A program made the translations under genes and the position numbers. From Eledone cirrhosa (Eukaryota): 64,000 bases of DNA. Shown in pieces: positions 54,201 to 64,000 of the stretch. Numbering within the stretch: position 1 is the stretch's first letter; every line of letters starts with the position of its first letter. The stretch is from assembly GCA_964016885.1 (NCBI GenBank), contig OZ024766.1, positions 3,844,001 through 3,908,000 on the forward strand. The letters run 5' to 3'. A model generated the notes under the pieces. That model did not search any database and had not been told where the DNA came from. It saw only the letters and a list, made by a program, of their open reading frames with translations.

Positions 54201-57200
54201 ATGTAGGAGACACAGTAAAAAGGCTCCCAGTCCACACTGTAAAGTGGTCATGTAGGAGACACAGTAAAAAGGCTCCCAGTCCACACTGTAAAGTGGTCAT
54301 GTAAGAGACATAGTAAAAAGGCTCCCAGTCCACACTGTAAAGTGGTCATGGAGGTAAAGCAGTAAAAAGGCTCCCAGTCCACACTGTAAGGTGGTCATGT
54401 AGGAGACACAATAAAAAGGCTCCCAGTCCATACTGTAAGGTGGTCATGTAGGAGACACAGTAAAAAGGCTCCCAGTCCATACTGTAAGGTGGTCATGTAG
54501 GAGACACAGTAAAAAGGCTCCCAGTCCACACTGTAAGGTGGTCATGTAGGAGACACAGTAAAAAGGCTCCCAGTCCATACTGTAAGGTGGTCATGTAGGA
54601 GACACAGTAAAAAGGCTCCCAGTCCACACTGTAAAGTGGTCATGTAAGAGACACAGTAAAAAGGCTCCCAGTCCACACTGTAAAGTGGTCATGTAGGAGA
54701 CACAGTAAAAAGGCTCCCAGTCCACACTGTAAAGTGGTCATGTAGGAGACACAGTAAAAAGGCTCCCAGTCCACACTGTAAAGTGGTCATGTAAGAGACA
54801 TAGTAAAAAGGCTCCCAGTCCACACTGTAAAGTGGTCATGTAGGAGACACAGTAAAAAGGCTCCCAGTCCATACTGTAAGGTGGTCATGTAGGAGACACA
54901 GTAAAAAGGCTCCCAGTCCACACTGTAAAGTGGTCATGTAAGAGACACAGTAAAAAGGCTCCCAGTCCACACTGTAAAGTGGTCATGTAGGAGACACAGT
55001 AAAAAGGCTCCCAGTCCACACTGTAAAGTGGTCATGTAGGAGACACAGTAAAAAGGCTCCCAGTCCACACTGTAAAGTGGTCATGTAGGAGACACAGTAA
55101 AAAGGCTCCCAGTCCACACTGTAAAGTGGTCATGTAGGAGACACAGTAAAAAGGCTCCCAGTCCACACTGTAAAGTGGTCATGTAGGAGACACAGTAAAA
55201 AGGCTCCCAGTCCACACTGTAATGTGGTCATGTAGGAGACACAGTAAAAAGGCTCCCAGTCCACACTGTAAAGTGGTCATGTAGGAGACAGTAAAAAGGC
55301 TCCCAGTCCACACTGTAAAGTGGTCATGTAGGAGACACAGTAAAAAGGCTCCCAGTCCACACTGTAAAGTGGTCATGTAGGAGACACAGTAAAAAGGCTC
55401 CCAGTCCACACTGTAAAGTGGTCATGTAGGAGACACAGTAAAAAGGCTCCCAGTCCACACTGTAAAGTGGTCATGTAGGAGACACAGTAAAAAGGCTCCC
55501 AGTCCACACTGTAAAGTGGTCATGTAGGAGACACAGTAAAAAGGCTCCCAGTCCACACTGTAAAGTGGTCATGTAGGAGACACAGTAAAAAGGCTCCCAG
55601 TCCACACTGTAAAGTGGTCATGTAGGAGACACAGTAAAAAGGCTCCCAGTCCACACTGTAATGTGGTCATGTAGGAGACACAGTAAAAAGGCTCCCAGTC
55701 CACACTGTAAAGTGGTCATGTAGGAGACAGTAAAAAGGCTCCCAGTCCACACTGTAAAGTGGTCATGTAGGAGACACAGTAAAAAGGCTCCCAGTCCACA
55801 CTGTAAAGTGGTCATGTAGGAGACACAGTAAAAAGGCTCCCAGTCCACACTGTAAAGTGGTCATGTAGGAGACACAGTAAAAAGGCTCCCAGTCCACACT
55901 GTAAAGTGGTCATGTAGGAGACACAGTAAAAAGGCTCCCAGTCCACACTGTAAAGTGGTCATGTAGGAGACACAGTAAAAAGGCTCCCAGTCCACACTGT
56001 AAAGTGGTCATGTAGGAGACACAGTAAAAAGGCTCCCAGTCCACACTGTAAAGTGGTCATGTAGGAGACACAGTAAAAAGGCTCCCAGTCCACACTGTAA
56101 AGTGGTCATGTAGGAGACACAGTAAAAAGGCTCCCAGTCCACACTGTAATGTGGTCATGTAGGAGACACAGTAAAAAGGCTCCCAGTCCACACTGTAAAG
56201 TGGTCATGTAGGAGACAGTAAAAAGGCTCCCAGTCCACACTGTAAAGTGGTCATGTAGGAGACACAGTAAAAAGGCTCCCAGTCCACACTGTAAAGTGGT
56301 CATGTAGGAGACACAGTAAAAAGGCTCCCAGTCCACACTGTAAAGTGGTCATGTAGGAGACACAGTAAAAAGGCTCCCAGTCCACACTGTAAAGTGGTCA
56401 TGTAGGAGACACAGTAAAAAGGCTCCCAGTCCACACTGTAAAGTGGTCATGTAGGAGACACAGTAAAAAGGCTCCCAGTCCACACTGTAAAGTGGTCATG
56501 TAGGAGACACAGTAAAAAGGCTCCCAGTCCACACTGTAAAGTGGTCATGTAGGAGACACAGTAAAAAGGCTCCCAGTCCACACTGTAAAGTGGTCATGTA
56601 GGAGACACAGTAAAAAGGCTCCCAGTCCACACTGTAATGTGGTCATGTAGGAGACACAGTAAAAAGGCTCCCAGTCCACACTGTAAAGTGGTCATGTAGG
56701 AGACAGTAAAAAGGCTCCCAGTCCACACTGTAAAGTGGTCATGTAGGAGACACAGTAAAAAGGCTCCCAGTCCACACTGTAAAGTGGTCATGTAGGAGAC
56801 ACAGTAAAAAGGCTCCCAGTCCACACTGTAAAGTGGTCATGTAGGAGACACAGTAAAAAGGCTCCCAGTCCACACTGTAAAGTGGTCATGTAGGAGACAC
56901 AGTAAAAAGGCTCCCAGTCTACACTGTAAAGTGGTCATGTAGGAGACACAGTAAAAAGGCTCCCAGTCCACACTGTAAAGTGGTCATGTAGGAGACACAG
57001 TAAAAAGGCTCCCAGTCCACACTGTAATGTGGTCATGTAGGAGACACAGTAAAAAGGCTCCCAGTCCACACTGTAAAGTGGTCATGTAGGAGACAGTAAA
57101 AAGGCTCCCAGTCCACACTGTAAAGTGGTCATGTAGGAGACACAGTAAAAAGGCTCCCAGTCCACACTGTAAAGTGGTCATGTAGGAGACACAGTAAAAA

Positions 57201-60200
57201 GGTTCCCAGTCCACACTGTAAAGTGGTCATGTAGGAGACACAGTAAAAAGGCTCCCAGTCCACACTGTAAAGTGGTCATGAAGGAGACACAGTAAAAAGG
57301 CTCCCAGTCCACACTGTAAAGTGGTCATGTAGGAGACACAGTAAAAAGGCTCCCAGTCCACACTGTAAAGTGGTCATGTAGGAGACACAGTAAAAAGGTT
57401 CCCAGTCCACACTGTAAAGTGGTCATGTAGGAGACACAGTAAAAAGGCTCCCAGTCCACACTGTAAAGTGGTCATGAAGGAGACACAGTAAAAAGGCTCC
57501 CAGTCCACACTGTAAAGTGGTCATGTAGGAGACACAGTAAAAAGGCTCCCAGTCCACACTGTAAAGTGGTCATGTAGGAGACACAGTAAAAAGGTTCCCA
57601 GTCCACACTGTAAAGTGGTCATGTAGGAGACACAGTAAAAAGGCTCCCAGTCCACACTGTAAAGTGGTCATGTAGGAGACACAGTAAAAAGGCTCCCAGT
57701 CCACACTGTAAAGTGGTCATGTAGGAGACACAGTAAAAAGGCTCCCAGTCCACACTGTAAAGTGGTCATGTAGGAGACACAGTAAAAAGGCTCCCAGTCC
57801 ACACTGTAAAGTGGTCATGTAGGAGACACAGTAAAAAGGCTCCCAGTCCACACTGTAAAGTGGTCATGTAGGAGACACAGTAAAAAGGCTCCCAGTCCAC
57901 ACTGTAAAGTGGTCGTGTAGGAGACACAGTAAAAAGGCTCCCAGTCCACACTGTAAAGTGGTCGTGTAGGAGACACAGTAAAAAGGTTCCCAGTCCACAC
58001 TGTAAAGTGGTCATGTAGGAGACACAGTAAAAAGGCTCCCAGTCCACACTGTAAAGTGGTCATGTAGGAGACACAGTAAAAAGGCTCCCAGTCCACACTG
58101 TAAAGTGGTCATGTAGGAGACACAGTAAAAAGGCTCCCAGTCCACACTGTAAAGTGGTCATGTAGGAGACACAGTAAAAAGGCTCCCAGTCCACACTGTA
58201 AAGTGGTCATGTAGGAGACACAGTAAAAAGGCTCCCAGTCCACACTGTAAAGTGGTCATGTAGGAGACACAGTAAAAAGGCTCCCAGTCCACACTGTAAA
58301 GTGGTCATGTAGGAGACACAGTAAAAAGGCTCCCAGTCCACACTGTAAGGTGGTCATGTAGGAGACACAGTAAAAAGGCTCCCAGTCCACACTGTAAAGT
58401 GGTCATGTAGGAGACACAGTAAAAAGGCTCCCAGTCCACACTGTAAGGTGGTCATGTAGGAGACACAGTAAAAAGGCTCCCAGTCCACACTGTAAAGTGG
58501 TCATGTAGGAGACACAGTAAAAAGGCTCCCAGTCCACACTGTAAAGTGGTCATGTAGGAGACACAGTAAAAAGGCTCCCAGTCCACACTGTAAAGTGGTC
58601 GTGTAGGAGACACAGTAAAAAGGCTCCCAGTCCACACTGTAAAGTGGTCATGTAGGAGACACAGTAAAAAGGCTCCCAGTCCACACCGTAAAGTGGTCAT
58701 GTAGGAGACACAGTAAAAAGGCTCCCAGTCCACACTGTAAAGTGGTCATGTAGGAGACACAGTAAAAAGGCTCCCAGTCCACACTGTAAAGTGGTCGTGT
58801 AGGAGACACAGTAAAAAGGCTCCCAGTCCACACTGTAAAGTGGTCATGTAGGAGACACAGTAAAAAGGCTCCCAGTCCACACTGTAAAGTGGTCGTGTAG
58901 GAGACACAGTAAAAAGGCTCCCAGTCCACACTGTAAAGTGGTCATGTAGGAGACACAGTAAAAAGGCTCCCAGTCCACACTGTAAAGTGGTCATGTAGGA
59001 GACACAGTAAAAAGGCTCCCAGTCCACACTGTAAAGTGGTCATGTAGGAGACACAGTAAAAAGGCTCCCAGTCCACACTGTAAAGTGGTCGTGTAGGAGA
59101 CACAGTAAAAAGGCTCCCAGTCCACACTGTAAAGTGGTCATGTAGGAGACACAGTAAAAAGGCTCCCAGTCCACACTGTAAAGTGGTCGTGTAGGAGACA
59201 CAGTAAAAAGGCTCCCAGTCCACACTGTAAAGTAGTCATGTAGGAGACACAGTAAAAAGGCTCCCAGTCCACACTGTAAAGTGGTCGTGTAGGAGACACA
59301 ATAAAAAGGCTCCCAGTCCACACTGTAAAGTGGTCGTGTAGGAGACACAGAAAAAAGGCTCCCAGTCCACACTGTAAAGTGGTCATGTAAGAGACACAGT
59401 AAAAAGGCTCCCAGTCCACACTGTAAAGTGGTCATGTAGGAGACACAGTAAAAAGGCTCCCAGTCCACACTGTAAAGTGGTCATGTAGGAGACACAGTAA
59501 AAAGGCTCCCAGTCCACACTGTAAAGTGGTCATGTAGGAGACACAGTAAAAAGGCTCCCAGTCCACACTGTAAAGTGGTCATGTAAGAGACATAGTAAAA
59601 AGGCTCCCAGTCCACACTGTAAAGTGGTCATGGAGGTAAAGCAGTAAAAAGGCTCCCAGTCCACACTGTAAGGTGGTCATGTAGGAGACACAATAAAAAG
59701 GCTCCCAGTCCATACTGTAAGGTGGTCATGTAGGAGACACAGTAAAAAGGCTCCCAGTCCATACTGTAAGGTGGTCATGTAGGAGACACAGTAAAAAGGC
59801 TCCCAGTCCACACTGTAAGGTGGTCATGTAGGAGACACAGTAAAAAGGCTCCCAGTCCATACTGTAAGGTGGTCATGTAGGAGACACAGTAAAAAGGCTC
59901 CCAGTCCACACTGTAAAGTGGTCATGTAAGAGACACAGTAAAAAGGCTCCCAGTCCACACTGTAAAGTGGTCATGTAGGAGACACAGTAAAAAGGCTCCC
60001 AGTCCACACTGTAAAGTGGTCATGTAGGAGACACAGTAAAAAGGCTCCCAGTCCACACTGTAAAGTGGTCATGTAAGAGACATAGTAAAAAGGCTCCCAG
60101 TCCACACTGTAAAGTGGTCATGTAGGAGACACAGTAAAAAGGCTCCCAGTCCATACTGTAAGGTGGTCATGTAGGAGACACAGTAAAAAGGCTCCCAGTC

Positions 60201-63200
60201 CACACTGTAAAGTGGTCATGTAAGAGACACAGTAAAAAGGCTCCCAGTCCACACTGTAAAGTGGTCATGTAGGAGACACAGTAAAAAGGCTCCCAGTCCA
60301 CACTGTAAAGTGGTCATGTAGGAGACACAGTAAAAAGGCTCCCAGTCCACACTGTAAAGTGGTCATGTAAGAGACATAGTAAAAAGGCTCCCAGTCCACA
60401 CTGTAAAGTGGTCATGTAGGAGACACAGTAAAAAGGCTCCCAGTCCACACTGTAAAGTGGTCATGTAAGAGACACAGTAAAAAGGCTCCCAGTCCACACT
60501 GTAAAGTGGTCATGTAGGAGACACAGTAAAAAGGCTCCCAGTCCACACTGTAAAGTGGTCATGTAGGAGACACAGTAAAAAGGCTCCCAGTCCACACTGT
60601 AAAGTGGTCATGTAGGAGACACAGTAAAAAGGCTCCCAGTCCACACTGTAATGTGGTCATGTAGGAGACACAGTAAAAAGGCTCCCAGTCCACACTGTAA
60701 AGTGGTCATGTAGGAGACAGTAAAAAGGCTCCCAGTCCACACTGTAAAGTGGTCATGTAGGAGACACAGTAAAAAGGCTCCCAGTCCACACTGTAAAGTG
60801 GTCATGTAGGAGACACAGTAAAAAGGTTCCCAGTCCACACTGTAAAGTGGTCATGTAGGAGACACAGTAAAAAGGCTCCCAGTCCACACTGTAAAGTGGT
60901 CATGAAGGAGACACAGTAAAAAGGCTCCCAGTCCACACTGTAAAGTGGTCATGTAGGAGACACAGTAAAAAGGCTCCCAGTCCACACTGTAAAGTGGTCA
61001 TGTAGGAGACACAGTAAAAAGGTTCCCAGTCCACACTGTAAAGTGGTCATGTAGGAGACACAGTAAAAAGGCTCCCAGTCCACACTGTAAAGTGGTCATG
61101 AAGGAGACACAGTAAAAAGGCTCCCAGTCCACACTGTAAAGTGGTCATGTAGGAGACACAGTAAAAAGGCTCCCAGTCCACACTGTAAAGTGGTCATGTA
61201 GGAGACACAGTAAAAAGGTTCCCAGTCCACACTGTAAAGTGGTCATGTAGGAGACACAGTAAAAAGGCTCCCAGTCCACACTGTAAAGTGGTCATGTAGG
61301 AGACACAGTAAAAAGGCTCCCAGTCCACACTGTAAAGTGGTCATGTAGGAGACACAGTAAAAAGGCTCCCAGTCCACACTGTAAAGTGGTCATGTAGGAG
61401 ACACAGTAAAAAGGCTCCCAGTCCACACTGTAAAGTGGTCATGTAGGAGACACAGTAAAAAGGCTCCCAGTCCACACTGTAAAGTGGTCATGTAGGAGAC
61501 ACAGTAAAAAGGCTCCCAGTCCACACTGTAAAGTGGTCGTGTAGGAGACACAGTAAAAAGGCTCCCAGTCCACACTGTAAAGTGGTCGTGTAGGAGACAC
61601 AGTAAAAAGGTTCCCAGTCCACACTGTAAAGTGGTCATGTAGGAGACACAGTAAAAAGGCTCCCAGTCCACACTGTAAAGTGGTAGTGTAGGAGACACAA
61701 TAAAAAGGCTCCCAGTCCACACCGTAAAGTGGTAGTGTAGGAGACACAGTAAAAAGGCTCCCAGTCCACACCGTAAAGTGGTCATGTAGGAGACACAGTA
61801 AAAAGGCTCCCAGTCCACACTGTAAAGTGGTCATGTAGGAGACACAGTAAAAAGGCTCCCAGTCCACACTGTAAAGTGGTCATGTAGGAGACACAATAAA
61901 AAGGCTCCCAGTCCACACCGTAAAGTAGTCATGTAGGAGACACAGTAAAAAGGCTCCCAGTCCACACCGTAAAGTGGTAGTGTAGGAGACACAGTAAAAA
62001 GGCTCCCAGTCCACACTGTAAAGTAGTCATGTAGGAGACACAATAAAAAGGCTCCCAGTCCACACTGTAAAGTAGTCATGTAGGAGACACAATAAAAAGG
62101 CTCCCAGTCCACACTGTAAAGTAGTCATGTAGGAGACACAATAAAAAGGCTCCCAGTCCACACCGTAAAGTAGTCATGTAGGAGACACAGTAAAAAGGCT
62201 CCCAGTCCACACTGTAAAGTGGTCGTGTAGGAGACACAATAAAAAGGCTCCCAGTCCACACCGTAAAGTGGTAGTGTAGGAGACACAGTAAAAAGGCTCC
62301 CAGTCCACACCGTAAAGTGGTCATGTAGGAGACACAGTAAAAAGGCTCCCAGTCCACACTGTAAAGTGGTCATGTAGGAGACACAGTAAAAAGGCTCCCA
62401 GTCCACACTGTAAAGTGGTCATGTAGGAGACACAGTAAAAAGGCTCCCAGTCCACACTGTAAAGTGGTCATGTAGGAGACACAGTAAAAAGGCTCCCAGT
62501 CCACACTGTAAGGTGGTCATGTAGGAGACACAGTAAAAAGGCTCCCAGTCCACACTGTAAAGTGGTCATGTAGGAGACACAGTAAAAAGGCTCCCAGTCC
62601 ACACTGTAAGGTGGTCATGTAGGAGACACAGTAAAAAGGCTCCCAGTCCACACTGTAAAGTGGTCATGTAGGAGACACAGTAAAAAGGCTCCCAGTCCAC
62701 ACTGTAAAGTGGTCATGTAGGAGACACAGTAAAAAGGCTCCCAGTCCACACTGTAAAGTGGTCATGTAGGAGACACAGTAAAAAGGCTCCCAGTCCACAC
62801 TGTAAAGTGGTCATGTAGGAGACACAGTAAAAAGGCTCCCAGTCCACACTGTAAAGTGGTCATGTAGGAGACACAGTAAAAAGGCTCCCAGTCCACACTG
62901 TAAAGTGGTCATGTAGGAGACACAGTAAAAAGGCTCCCAGTCCACACTGTAATGTGGTCATGTAGGAGACACAGTAAAAAGGCTCCCAGTCCACACTGTA
63001 AAGTGGTCATGTAGGAGACAGTAAAAAGGCTCCCAGTCCACACTGTAAAGTGGTCATGTAGGAGACACAGTAAAAAGGCTCCCAGTCCACACTGTAAAGT
63101 GGTCATGTAGGAGACACAGTAAAAAGGCTCCCAGTCCACACTGTAAAGTGGTCATGTAGGAGACACAGTAAAAAGGCTCCCAGTCCACACTGTAAAGTGG

Positions 63201-64000
63201 TCATGTAGGAGACACAGTAAAAAGGCTCCCAGTCCACACTGTAAAGTGGTCGTGTAGGAGACACAGTAAAAAGGCTCCCAGTCCACACTGTAAAGTGGTC
63301 ATGTAGGAGACACAGTAAAAAGGCTCCCAGTCCACACTGTAAAGTGGTCGTGTAGGAGACACAGTAAAAAGGCTCCCAGTCCACACTGTAAAGTAGTCAT
63401 GTAGGAGACACAGTAAAAAGGCTCCCAGTCCACACTGTAAAGTGGTCGTGTAGGAGACACAATAAAAAGGCTCCCAGTCCACACCGTAAAGTAGTCATGT
63501 AGGAGACACAGTAAAAAGGCTCCCAGTCCACACTGTAAAGTGGTCGTGTAGGAGACACAATAAAAAGGCTCCCAGTCCACACCGTAAAGTAGTCATGTAG
63601 GAGACACAGTAAAAAGGCTCCCAGTCCACACTGTAAAGTGGTCGTGTAGGAGACACAATAAAAAGGCTCCCAGTCCACACCGTAAAGTGGTAGTGTAGGA
63701 GACACAGTAAAAAGGCTCCCAGTCCACACCGTAAAGTGGTAGTGTAGGAGACACAGTAAAAAGGCTCCCAGTCCACACTGTAAAGTGGTCGTGTAGGAGA
63801 CACAGTAAAAAGGCTCCCAGTCCACACTGTAAAGTGGTCGTGTAGGAGACACAATAAAAAGGCTCCCAGTCCACACCGTAAAGTGGTCGTGTAGGAGACA
63901 CAATAAAAAGGCTCCCAGTCCACACTGTAAAGTGGTCATGTAGGAGACACAGTAAAAAGGCTCCCAGTCCACACTGTAAAGTGGTCATGTAGGAGACACA
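51236..64000. repeat. 49-bp satellite, ~260 units, running off the window end; inside the annexin intron
   Basis: Unit cccagtccacactgtaaagtggtcatgtaggagacacagtaaaaaggct; highly homogeneous. Confidence 0.99.

Noticed and set aside
51236-64000. CRISPR-like regular array and many short ORFs
   Set aside because: Head-to-tail units with no unique spacers, no cas genes and a eukaryotic context; the ORFs are translations of the satellite.

Overview
Eukaryotic, AT-rich, extremely repeat-dense genomic DNA. The SINE families and microsatellite load suggest an octopod cephalopod (inference). Host genes: (1) the last four coding exons of an annexin (ANXA7/ANXA11-like) on the minus strand at 50256-50102, 46483-46306, 44666-44554 and 43172-43047. 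All have GT-AG sites and matching phases, and the upstream intron holds a >12.7 kb 49-bp satellite with higher-order structure. (2) A GC-rich, probably first coding exon of an unidentified minus-strand gene (640-301), plus weaker candidate upstream exons. The rest is microsatellites, LINE fragments (RTE, CR1/L2-like, Tx1-like), tRNA-derived SINEs, a Tc1/mariner relic, piggyBac-type MITEs carrying a 60-bp array, LTR remnants, and about ten minisatellite families, most of them amplified from pieces of local transposons. The most notable hidden signal is several families of short non-coding elements inserted in (TA)n that fold into type I hammerhead ribozymes. They often show snap-back inverted duplications, as expected for Penelope-like or retrozyme-type elements. 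All folds were done by eye and no database searches were run.
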